Shown piece after piece: positions 9,714 to 17,606 of a stretch of DNA of 64,000 nt. This DNA comes from a virus (lineage: Duplodnaviria > Caudoviricetes). The DNA is taken from positions 604 to 64,603 of IMG/VR virus record IMGVR_UViG_3300044708_000053; one strand, written 5' to 3'. Made by a program: the position numbers and the translations under genes. Within the stretch, counting starts at the first letter, position 1. Every line of letters begins with the position of its first letter. Below the pieces are notes generated by a model. That model ran no database searches, was not told the DNA's origin, and saw only the letters and a list, made by a program, of their open reading frames with translations.

Positions 9714-10031
9714 TCACGGTTCAATCGGTTGCTGCAAGGCGGGCCGGCGCCAGCGTCTTTGTTCTTTCAACGAACGCTTACGAATCTCTTCATTGTCCAC
9801 CACTGTAGCAGTTGGGAGCGGAAATACTTGCCCGTTAACGATCTCAGCGTTGTATTTGCCCGTGAGAAACGTCAACCCCCACACTTCACGCGGCCATTCG
9901 AAGTCGCGAATCTCGATCTGCTGTGGCCCTTCATTGCAAACGACACTCACCGGAGAGAGATTAACCACAGAGCAAGTAGTTGGTTGCTGTGCGAGCGCGA
10001 TGGCGAGAGCGTAGCCTGCGATGCCGATCAT
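9714..10031 (-). CDS. Putative secreted protein
   Basis: Signal-peptide-like N-terminus ending ALA. Confidence 0.55.
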   Translation of the reverse strand: MIGIAGYALAIALAQQPTTCSVVNLSPVSVVCNEGPQQIEIRDFEWPREVWGLTFLTGKYNAEIVNGQVFPLPTATVVDNEEIRKRSLKEQRRWRRPALQQPIEP

Positions 10032-10163
10032 TCAGTTGCTCCTTACGACGATAACTATCGTGGCTAGGACCACGAGCAGTGCGAGAACGAACGGTACAAG
10101 AATGGCGCTCCACGGTGTTTCTCGTAGAACCTGTTCAAAGGTTTTCTCTGATTCGTCAGCCAT
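10032..10163 (-). CDS. Small single-TM protein, not in ORF track
   Basis: Hand translation: MADESEKTFEQVLRETPWSAILVPFVLALLVVLATIVIVVRSN*. Confidence 0.55.
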   Translation of the reverse strand: MADESEKTFEQVLRETPWSAILVPFVLALLVVLATIVIVVRSN

Positions 10164-10412
10164 TTATTGATTAGGCCACCAGCAAAGGATGTTACGTTTC
10201 CATTCGGGCCATGAAGCTACAATCTTGCTTGACTCATCCAAATGCTGTTGGAAGCATTCGAAACACTTGTCAGTGTAGTATTCACCCCGACAACTCGGAT
10301 GAATGCATTCAGACATCTTAGCGCACTTCTCGCATTCATGTTTGTGGTAGTTCGGGTTTGGATGTCTCGCCATAAGTTCTACTTTGCCACTCGTAATCCT
10401 CACATCTTCCAT
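10164..10412 (-). CDS. Zn-finger protein with C-terminal WPEW motif
   Basis: CxxC/CxHxxC/CxxC; ends HLDESSKIVASWPEWKRNI. Confidence 0.65.
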   Translation of the reverse strand: MEDVRITSGKVELMARHPNPNYHKHECEKCAKMSECIHPSCRGEYYTDKCFECFQQHLDESSKIVASWPEWKRNILCWWPNQ

Positions 10413-10515
10413 CCGTAAATAAGAAGTTCAAGCGTCCGGCTCCAGCAGAGATGTGAGACGCAGTGTTTCGCATGGCGCGGTATTGGCGTATTGCAAACAA
10501 TGCAAATCCGTAGCG

Positions 10516-10755
10516 TCATTCTTCGCGGTTTACGCTTCCTGTGTTCTGGCGTTCCCAAAAGATATTACGCTCCCATTCGGGCCATGTTGCAACGACGCTC
10601 GATGCGTGGTTAAGGTGTTCGCGGAATTCTTCTCGCTGCAGTCTGTCGCGTTCGCGCTCAAGCCACTGTTCCAACTGGGCCACGCTCTCAAACTCGACTA
10701 CCTCGGACTCTTTGATCTCAATCGTTAGTGTCCTAGTTAAGCATTCTCGCGACAC
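10516..10755 (-). CDS. Hypothetical protein with C-terminal WPEW motif
   Basis: Ends HLNHASSVVATWPEWERNI, paralogous to 10164-10412. Confidence 0.6.
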   Translation of the reverse strand: MSRECLTRTLTIEIKESEVVEFESVAQLEQWLERERDRLQREEFREHLNHASSVVATWPEWERNIFWERQNTGSVNREE

Positions 10756-10917
10756 TACAAAGTTCTGTCCGAATCAAAAGGTCAAGGCGTGACCCGTAGC
10801 CTTCCTTCTGATTCGCAATGCAGTGTCGCGATTATCAATTCCTGCGGCATCGCCTGCCCCCGGTTACAAAGCGATCAATTCCAACACTGAGCGCTCCAAC
10901 CTGTTAAGCGATACCGC
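10747..10917 (-). ncRNA. Candidate structured RNA: two tandem long irregular hairpins
   Basis: Stems 10907-10917/10844-10854 (11 bp), 10819-10831/10747-10759 (13 bp) and 10804-10815/10770-10781 (12 bp) with nested shorter stems; non-Watson-Crick positions are G-U on the minus strand. Confidence 0.65.
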
Positions 10918-10925
10918 ATTATCAA

Positions 10926-11174
10926 TCAGCCGTCTGCTTCGTGGCCCATCTTTTTTAGGGCTGCATTCTCTGTCTTGAATTGTTGATAAGTCGCGGCGGC
11001 ATCCGCCAACACTTCCGCTCGGCTTTTCCCGCTTGTAGCCATGCGACGCCTGATTTCGTCCTCACCTAACTGGAGCAACTTGGCCGCGAGTGTGCCGAGC
11101 GCAGGGTTGCCAGTTATCCCGCCCAGTATCGGTAAGACCTTTTCCAGTTGGTCGAGAATATCTAAGAAGCTCAT
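10926..11174 (-). CDS. Hypothetical protein
   Basis: 82 aa, 4-nt overlap with the upstream gene. Confidence 0.65.
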   Translation of the reverse strand: MSFLDILDQLEKVLPILGGITGNPALGTLAAKLLQLGEDEIRRRMATSGKSRAEVLADAAATYQQFKTENAALKKMGHEADG

Positions 11175-11626
11175 TTCACCACCTTTTCGATCGTGGTCAA
11201 GTCTTTACCCAGCGCACTTACCGCCTTCTGTGCCTTAAATGGCAGAAGATCGGCGAGGATCTCCGTGTATAGCTGTTTCAACTCGCTCAGATTATCGCGG
11301 ACAAACTGTACATCCTGTGGCGGTAGTGTTCCCTGCGGATACTTCTTGTCGAGATCGATCAAGATGTTGTTGAACTTCTGGCCCTTCTCGCCGATGACTC
11401 CAAGCTTACCCGCTAGCTTGTCCTTCGCTGCGAGCGGCATTTTCCCTGCGGTGTAGAAGTCAGCCACGAACCGATTTGCCAGCAAGACATCATGCGCGAG
11501 CTCGTTTGATGCTTTGGCTGCGCTGTCGAGATCGTTTGACGAGGGGCAAGACTTAAACCCTGCTGTCACGGCTACGAGCAGAATGACTATAGCCAGGCGT
11601 CGACTCTGAAGTGTTCTACGGTTCAC
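11171..11626 (-). CDS. Exported protein, possible lipoprotein
   Basis: Basic n-region, hydrophobic h-region, then Cys (AGFKSC, imperfect lipobox); AAGGAG ribosome-binding site upstream. Confidence 0.6.
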   Translation of the reverse strand: MNRRTLQSRRLAIVILLVAVTAGFKSCPSSNDLDSAAKASNELAHDVLLANRFVADFYTAGKMPLAAKDKLAGKLGVIGEKGQKFNNILIDLDKKYPQGTLPPQDVQFVRDNLSELKQLYTEILADLLPFKAQKAVSALGKDLTTIEKVVK

Positions 11627-11667
11627 AAAGGGCTCCTTTACGGAAAGCGGAAGGATTACAGAGGACC

Positions 11668-11697
11668 ATAATAGACTAGTACGGTACTTGCTGGCAA
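11668..11697 (-). promoter_or_regulatory. Putative sigma70-type promoter
   Basis: TTGCCA-18 nt-TATTAT in an intergenic gap. Confidence 0.5.
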
Positions 11698-11704
11698 AGA
11701 ATTA

Positions 11705-11857
11705 TCAGGAGCGTTTTAACTCAAGCCGCTTTTGCTTGCGAACTCGCCTCTTGATACGGAGTCGCATACGTCCGCGGCTCCCATTTGCGGTTTTGGTCTT
11801 TTCCGCTTCGCCTGGGATCGGCGGATGCCCGCCGTAATGATAAATTCTTCGAGACAT
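11705..11857 (-). CDS. Small Arg/Lys-rich protein (50 aa), not in ORF track
   Basis: AGGAG RBS; MSRRIYHYGGHPPIPGEAEKTKTANGSRGRMRLRIKRRVRKQKRLELKRS*. Confidence 0.55.
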   Translation of the reverse strand: MSRRIYHYGGHPPIPGEAEKTKTANGSRGRMRLRIKRRVRKQKRLELKRS

Positions 11858-11891
11858 TTCATTCTCCTATGACGCAGGGCGTCAAAACGTT

Positions 11892-12152
11892 TCAATCAAA
11901 TGAATAACTTTCCGCGCCCTCAAAACGTCGTTTACACCCGTGCCTGTTACGCATTGACTCACGGCTGATTACGTTGGTTTTCTGGCGATGCGTTTCGCAG
12001 TGGAACGCTGTCACGGCTTGTTCGCCGCAGATAACGCACTTGCGTAGTTTTCGCTTGCGGAGTTGGTACTTTCGCTGCCTAGAGACATTTAGCATTGTAA
12101 ACTCGTCAATAATCTCCTCTGGCATGATCGTCCTCCCGCGCTTTTCTCTCAA
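11892..12152 (-). CDS. Basic Zn-finger protein
   Basis: KCVICG...HCETH motif. Confidence 0.6.
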   Translation of the reverse strand: MREKRGRTIMPEEIIDEFTMLNVSRQRKYQLRKRKLRKCVICGEQAVTAFHCETHRQKTNVISRESMRNRHGCKRRFEGAESYSFD

Positions 12153-12330
12153 GTATTACGGCTAGTCTCTGATGTGCTGCGGCTGCATCACGGTAAGCGT
12201 TAGCCAGATTTCCTTCGTAAAGAGCAGCGAATTCACGATACTGTGCGCTTAATTGCGCGTGTCGCGCGGCGAGATCGATGAAGTTAAATCGACCTGTGGT
12301 TTCATCTTGCGTCATCGCGACTCTTTGCAC
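12106..12330 (-). CDS. Hypothetical helical protein
   Basis: In-operon ORF. Confidence 0.5.
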   Translation of the reverse strand: MQRVAMTQDETTGRFNFIDLAARHAQLSAQYREFAALYEGNLANAYRDAAAAHQRLAVILERKAREDDHARGDY

Positions 12331-12738
12331 CTACTTCAAATGACGCTCTTGGCGCTGATCGCTAGGGCAGACAGTGTTGAGTTTCTGCGCCAAGTCAGCG
12401 CAAAACTTGCACGGTGCACAGGTGTTAAAGCAGTACTCAAATTCTGCGTTACCACAGTTGCATTCTTCCCCTGGATGATCTCGCAGGCAGACAAGGTAAA
12501 TTGCCGTCGCAGTGCCCGTGCAGTCACGGCAATAATCGAAGAGCGATGGGGCGATTACGGCCAACTCGCCAGTAAGTTTTTCCGGGGTAGTAAAAACCGG
12601 CGGGAGCAGTCGCTGGACTGCGCACGAGGGCAGTTGTTTGTTTTCTGTCCAGTTGTAGCGTAACGGTCTCGCCTGTGCGTATGTTGCTGTTAGCAGTAAC
12701 AAGGTTAGAGCTATGAGATTCACTGCGCATTTCTTCAT
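12331..12738 (-). CDS. Cys-rich secreted protein
   Basis: Signal peptide (LIALTLLLLTATYAQA); about ten Cys in the mature part. Confidence 0.6.
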   Translation of the reverse strand: MKKCAVNLIALTLLLLTATYAQARPLRYNWTENKQLPSCAVQRLLPPVFTTPEKLTGELAVIAPSLFDYCRDCTGTATAIYLVCLRDHPGEECNCGNAEFEYCFNTCAPCKFCADLAQKLNTVCPSDQRQERHLK

Positions 12739-12784
12739 CGTTTTTATCCTTTCAGGTTTGACTTCGTTCCATTGCCTCTTGTGC

Positions 12785-13276
12785 TCAGCTTGCGAATCGT
12801 AATGCTGAGTCGTGCGCTTGCTTTAGTTTGATAAAGGCTTGGTGACTCCCACCAAGATCGGGGTGCGTGGTCTTTGCTAGCCGTTTGTATGCGCGACGCA
12901 CATCGGCCTTTGTGTACGGTGTTGACAGACCCAGCGTCGCAAGACAATCGCCGCTAAAGTTTGGTATCACGAAGTTGGGTTTGTTACCAGCCCAGTTCCA
13001 CTCTCTCGATTCAGGTGCTGGCTTTTTGGCGTAGAAGTATTCATGGAATCGTGAGTGATACTGCTTTCCATCGCGCTCCATCGCTTTGCGGTTTAATTGA
13101 ACGCGCGTGTCTTTGTGCTCAACGTGAATGCGGGCGGCTGTAATTTTCGTGATCCGATACGGCAGATAGAGCGTGTTCCAGCCAAGCACTTCGCCCGGAT
13201 CTAGACCTTCCGATTTCCAATAACGCCAGCCGTGATAAACAGTTTGTCCGACTTGGAAAGTACGACTCACCTGCAC
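12785..13276 (-). CDS. J-domain (DnaJ-like) protein
   Basis: C-terminal LGL...DVRRAYKRLAKTTHPDLGGSHQAFIKLKQAH with intact HPD. Confidence 0.85.
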   Translation of the reverse strand: MQVSRTFQVGQTVYHGWRYWKSEGLDPGEVLGWNTLYLPYRITKITAARIHVEHKDTRVQLNRKAMERDGKQYHSRFHEYFYAKKPAPESREWNWAGNKPNFVIPNFSGDCLATLGLSTPYTKADVRRAYKRLAKTTHPDLGGSHQAFIKLKQAHDSALRFAS

Positions 13277-13530
13277 GCCTCCTGTTGCGCCTCTTGTGCT
13301 CTTTCAAGGCCAAGAGGGGTCAAGCTTAGCGATATGATGCCATCGTGCCCTGAGCGCACCGTTGTCACAAGTTGCTGTTCCTCCAATGTCTTGATTAAAA
13401 CGAACATCTCAGACGTTGGGATTGGCGGGCTTCCTAGATTCTTTACAAAGTCATCCGCGTAAACCCGGTTTGTGCATCCAATAGCGCGGAGGATACGAAT
13501 TGTGCTGCTCATAAGTCTCACTTCTCCCAC
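13267..13530 (-). CDS. Putative winged-helix protein
   Basis: LIKTLEEQQLVTTVRS...LSLTPLG wHTH wing pattern. Confidence 0.5.
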   Translation of the reverse strand: MGEVRLMSSTIRILRAIGCTNRVYADDFVKNLGSPPIPTSEMFVLIKTLEEQQLVTTVRSGHDGIISLSLTPLGLERAQEAQQEACR

Positions 13531-14177
13531 GGCATACGCCCCTCTCGATTTGCTTCAAATAGCGCTCCCGCACTCAGGCCCATTCTGATCTTTCTGCCGG
13601 CCTCGGCGATCAGAAGCGCGTCGGCGATTTTGTGTGTGATCTGGAGTGTTGGAAATAGTTGTTGCGCTCTCGCTTTAGAGACGTTCTTATTACCTCGCGT
13701 CATGCAACCTAAAAGCTTCTGCCATGCTTGCGGGCGAATGTCCTCAACCGGGATGCCGATTGAGATCAAACAGCCGCGCAGAAAGCCGTAATGCTTCATG
13801 AAGTTGCCGATTTGATTCAATCCTGGATTAACCTCCTCGCGCGTCTCGCCCTCCAGACCTTTCGACCGCTTGATAATCGGCATAGGCTGAATGTGCTCAA
13901 GAAAACAAATAATCTCAATCTCTTCCTTTTGCGCTTCCTGTTGCATGGACCACAGATAATCAGCTATCGCACGTTCACTTGTCGGCATTGGCAGGGCGGA
14001 TGGATACCAGCTCGCGCCTTCTTGTTTCAATCGTGCGATCCCTCCCGACATGCCCGGATCCACGCCGAGAATGATCAACGGCTGATTACTATTGCCGTTT
14101 GGAGGCTGCGCTCTTTTTGCATTGTAGTTAGCAAGCCATTCTTCGGTGTATCGATCGGTCATTGCTGTGGTTTCCAT
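13518..14177 (-). CDS. RuvC-like Holliday junction resolvase
   Basis: ILGVDPGMSGGIA, FLEH, PQAWQK and ADALLIA motifs. Confidence 0.85.
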   Translation of the reverse strand: METTAMTDRYTEEWLANYNAKRAQPPNGNSNQPLIILGVDPGMSGGIARLKQEGASWYPSALPMPTSERAIADYLWSMQQEAQKEEIEIICFLEHIQPMPIIKRSKGLEGETREEVNPGLNQIGNFMKHYGFLRGCLISIGIPVEDIRPQAWQKLLGCMTRGNKNVSKARAQQLFPTLQITHKIADALLIAEAGRKIRMGLSAGALFEANREGRMPWEK

Positions 14178-15076
14178 GCTCTTGCAATGTGCTGTGCCAA
14201 TACAAACGGAATTTTAGCGATCGCGGCGGATGCGGCCTTGCGGGCATTGCTCTTTGATCCACACCTGCGACCCAATGTGTTTTTTCCAAGCGGTTGTCCG
14301 TTTGGCGTGAAGCCCTTCACCCCGTCTTCGCTGACTTGAAAGTTGTTCGGATCAAGGTGGGGATACCGTGGATCGTGTCTGATTTTCCCTCCGCGTGGCC
14401 CCTTGGCTTCACCATTAACCGGGTTCTTTCCGTGACCGCTGTCTTTATTGTGCGCCACGTTGAACCATGACCCGCCGCTGTTTTTTGTCGCCCCTTCGTG
14501 ATGAAACGCGCTGGCATTGCCGTCATTCAGTCGTATATAGTCCCGATCCTTCCACAGTCTAGGCCCGCAATGTGCAGGGAACTTCATACGTTGCGTGATA
14601 ACAACTGGCATGAGCGCGGGCACATCTCCCCACAAGTAGAACGAGCCATAATGCCATGCCGCCCGACCCACCCATTTCTGAGCACCTTTGACGTTTTCAA
14701 CAACTAACGGGATATGTCGCCCTGCCGCTTCGCTCGCCTCGCGTTGGATTCGGAAACAAGCATCAAACAACGCCGTAAGCCGCTTTTGTTCGGCGGGGTC
14801 GCTCTCAATGAGACGCTGCTTTTCCTTCGCTAACGTCCACGGCATTGCCATATAAGAAAACTCCTGACAGGGCGGACTCGCAACGATTAAAGCCGCATCT
14901 TTGAACTGAGAACCGTGTATCGTCAAAACGTCTTGGATTACCATTTGTGCCCGATATCTTGCGTTGCCGTATTCATGTCTCTCAACATCGAAGCCAACCA
15001 CTCGATAACCTTCTGCGAGCAGTCCCTCGGTCCAGCCGCCAAGCCCGCAATACAGGTCAATTGCTAACGGTTCCAT
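14159..15076 (-). CDS. DNA cytosine-C5 methyltransferase
   Basis: DLYCGLGG (motif I), SPPCQEFS (catalytic PC), ENV (motif VI). Confidence 0.88.
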   Translation of the reverse strand: MEPLAIDLYCGLGGWTEGLLAEGYRVVGFDVERHEYGNARYRAQMVIQDVLTIHGSQFKDAALIVASPPCQEFSYMAMPWTLAKEKQRLIESDPAEQKRLTALFDACFRIQREASEAAGRHIPLVVENVKGAQKWVGRAAWHYGSFYLWGDVPALMPVVITQRMKFPAHCGPRLWKDRDYIRLNDGNASAFHHEGATKNSGGSWFNVAHNKDSGHGKNPVNGEAKGPRGGKIRHDPRYPHLDPNNFQVSEDGVKGFTPNGQPLGKNTLGRRCGSKSNARKAASAAIAKIPFVLAQHIARAWKPQQ

Positions 15077-15320
15077 TTTCCCTCTTTCGCTTCTGTGCTG
15101 CCTCGATTGGTTTCCAGCCTATCGGATCGTCAATTTGCACGTAACCGTATTCGGGGTGTGTCTTTGAGCGTTGTTTGAACCAACCCTTGAACGGTGGCTG
15201 CGCTTCGCCGCTCAGGTCTTGAGCAAAATGAGCGACCAGAATCTCGCCGGACTTTAGCTTAACTCTCACAGTGCGGCCCTTTGGCGCATCGTCCATTGAT
15301 TGCCAGTTCATATCCCTCAC
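15057..15320 (-). CDS. DUF551-like phage protein
   Basis: WQSMDDAPKG start and terminal P..W.P. Confidence 0.5.
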   Translation of the reverse strand: MRDMNWQSMDDAPKGRTVRVKLKSGEILVAHFAQDLSGEAQPPFKGWFKQRSKTHPEYGYVQIDDPIGWKPIEAAQKRKRENGTVSN

Positions 15321-15604
15321 GCCTTTCTAATTCTTGAAAACAGTTGCGGGCGTTCCAAGAGTTTCGCGTGAACATCGGGCGGCAGTTTCCCCGCGGCCAC
15401 AAAAAGCCCATCTGCATCTTTCTGCTGTAGGTCGAGCGCCTTAACGATTCTCTTTAAGGTGTCGAGGTTAGGAACGTATTGCTGGTGGTCGTGCTCAACG
15501 CGGGAGAGGTAGGCTGGATCCATGTCCAACAGTTCCGCTAATCGTCTCTGTGAAACTTCCCGTGCGCTCCGTAAATATCGCAAATGCTGTCCAAATGTTC
15601 GCAT
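15317..15604 (-). CDS. XRE-family HTH regulator
   Basis: FGQHLRYLR...SQRRLAELL...YLSRVE. Confidence 0.88.
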   Translation of the reverse strand: MRTFGQHLRYLRSAREVSQRRLAELLDMDPAYLSRVEHDHQQYVPNLDTLKRIVKALDLQQKDADGLFVAAGKLPPDVHAKLLERPQLFSRIRKA

Positions 15605-15616
15605 TGACGGTGTGTA

Positions 15617-16048
15617 TCATTTATTGAGCGCGGCTGTCAACTGTTTCTTGGCGAGTTCGTATGATATCCCGCCCAGCAATCCTTGCGCTTTAGCCTGCTT
15701 TCGTCCCTCAACTGTGTCTGAAAATGAGTGGTGATATCGGCACAAAGCCGCGCCGTTCGTGAGCTCTCTTTTCAAGTCTGGCCTTTGCGATCTTTTTGCT
15801 ACATGATGCGCGTCGAGGTTCTCTTTGCCGCGCACTTCGCATCGCTTTCCTGTCCGCTGGTCTACCCACTGACAGCAATATCCTGCTCGTTCTAAAACAC
15901 CGTTTCTCCATTCTACTTCTTCTGGGGACATTCGGTGGCGCTTCATTCTCGATCGAGGTTTGGGAGTGCTGGCGCGGGAGCGCATGGCCGATCTGCGCAT
16001 CGGTTTGTAACGCGCTTTTGCTTCGGCGTAGTTAGACGGTCTAAACAT
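15617..16048 (-). CDS. HNH endonuclease
   Basis: LDAHH...NGAALCRYHH. Confidence 0.8.
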   Translation of the reverse strand: MFRPSNYAEAKARYKPMRRSAMRSRASTPKPRSRMKRHRMSPEEVEWRNGVLERAGYCCQWVDQRTGKRCEVRGKENLDAHHVAKRSQRPDLKRELTNGAALCRYHHSFSDTVEGRKQAKAQGLLGGISYELAKKQLTAALNK

Positions 16049-16424
16049 CGGATTCTGAGCGTGATTTGTCGAGATCTCTTCTGTATGGCGCTATCACTTC
16101 AATATGCGGAGTGCACAACTTTGTCAGCGGCCATGCCTGCTCGCCCACAAAGAAGCCGCACGATTCCTCAATCCATCTTACCTCGTGCTCTTCGCCATAC
16201 TTGTGATGCTTCACGATATCGCCTTCGTAAACATCCACGCCGTTCTGATCTTTCACTCCGGTGAACTGCTCAATGACGATGTTGTTCAGTTCCAGTAGAC
16301 CATAGCCTGAAAACAGTCCGGCGAGCAGCATGGACTCGCCAAGAATATGAAACCCATAGCCGCCCTCAACCCATTGCCGCTGTACGCGGTCATATGCTCT
16401 GAATTTAATGTCTCTCTCGCTCAT
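16041..16424 (-). CDS. YopX-family protein
   Basis: IKFRAYD...EQFTGVKDQNGVDVYEGDIV. Confidence 0.88.
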   Translation of the reverse strand: MSERDIKFRAYDRVQRQWVEGGYGFHILGESMLLAGLFSGYGLLELNNIVIEQFTGVKDQNGVDVYEGDIVKHHKYGEEHEVRWIEESCGFFVGEQAWPLTKLCTPHIEVIAPYRRDLDKSRSESDV

Positions 16425-16636
16425 TTGATTCTCTTTGGTGCTTTGTAGCGCGCGTCTGTTCGTGGTCCTTTGCGTAGATCATCAGTAGTGCTGAACATCT
16501 TATCTAAACATGGCGTACAGGCTGCGCTTCCTGCTCTCATGTAAACGGCTCCCAGATCTTCATTGAAGTCGAAGACGTGTCCAGTGATTGCACAACGGAC
16601 TGGCTTTTTAGTTTCTGACATCAGACTATTCGCCAA
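16421..16636 (-). CDS. Hypothetical protein
   Basis: Coupled small ORF. Confidence 0.5.
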   Translation of the reverse strand: MANSLMSETKKPVRCAITGHVFDFNEDLGAVYMRAGSAACTPCLDKMFSTTDDLRKGPRTDARYKAPKRIK

Positions 16637-17606
16637 CCGTTGCGGCTTCAGAGAACAACGGATTCTGCTCGACTTCGACTTGTTTCAGAGCCTCAATTAA
16701 GTTTTTCTCCGCTTGCTTGTAGTACGACGGTTTTAACTCCATGCCGAGCGCTTTGCGCCCCGCCTTAACCGCACCATAAACCTCGGAGCCGACACCCATG
16801 AATGGCGTCAACACTGTCTCGCCTTTGTTCGACCATAGTGTGATTACTCGATCAATCACGTCTAACTGTAAGGGGTGGACGTGTTTTTCGTCATCCTCAC
16901 TTTTGGAAGGCAAGAACGGGAGCACGCGCTCAATTCTGATATCGTCCCAAAAGGCAGAGGCGTACTGTCGCCAAATCCAATGGGAATAGCGATTCTCAAT
17001 CTGGTTCCCGGTCCAGCCCTTGTACTTGAGCACTTCTCGCGGCGGCATTCTCTCCCCGGCATATTCCAAGAGTCCAACTGGATGCTCAATCGGAATCTTG
17101 TTTTCTCCCTTGCGGCGAAATACTACAAGGTAATCTGCCGATGCTACAGAGCAACGGGACGAATCCTCAACGATGGTTTTGTGGGCCAGGTTCTTCGCCA
17201 TCGTGCGATTACGAACTGCTAGCGGCTCTTTCCATATTGCGTATCGAGCGATGTAGTTGAATCCCTCTTGCTCATGTAGGCGAATAATGTCACCGGGAAA
17301 GTCCCTGAGATAATCCGTGCCACTATTACCGCTCGGCACGTCCATGCAATGTACAGCGGTCATACGTCCCGGCATTGTTAGGCGCGCTATTTCACGGACC
17401 ACAAAGGCGTAGTGTTCGAAGAACTGCTCGTAACTCTTGCAGTTTGAAAGATCCTTTTCACTTGATGAGTAATGATATAAGCCGCCGAAAGGGGGCGAGT
17501 AAATTGACAGGTGTACCTTCTTAGATGGCAAACTCTGCATTAGCTCAACACAGTCAGCGTTATAGATAGCGTAATCTTCCGTTGTTTTTTGTTCGATTAC
17601 AGCCAT
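16626..17606 (-). CDS. DNA amino-methyltransferase (N4-C/N6-A)
   Basis: SPPF catalytic motif; HVHPLQL; PFMGVGSE SAM-binding motif. Confidence 0.9.
   Translation of the reverse strand: MAVIEQKTTEDYAIYNADCVELMQSLPSKKVHLSIYSPPFGGLYHYSSSEKDLSNCKSYEQFFEHYAFVVREIARLTMPGRMTAVHCMDVPSGNSGTDYLRDFPGDIIRLHEQEGFNYIARYAIWKEPLAVRNRTMAKNLAHKTIVEDSSRCSVASADYLVVFRRKGENKIPIEHPVGLLEYAGERMPPREVLKYKGWTGNQIENRYSHWIWRQYASAFWDDIRIERVLPFLPSKSEDDEKHVHPLQLDVIDRVITLWSNKGETVLTPFMGVGSEVYGAVKAGRKALGMELKPSYYKQAEKNLIEALKQVEVEQNPLFSEAATVGE

Noticed and set aside
10827-10927. Mini CRISPR-like array (three ATCAAT-containing repeats about 40-47 nt apart)
   Set aside because: The repeats are short, degenerate and of unequal length, there are no cas genes, and hairpin structure explains the region better.
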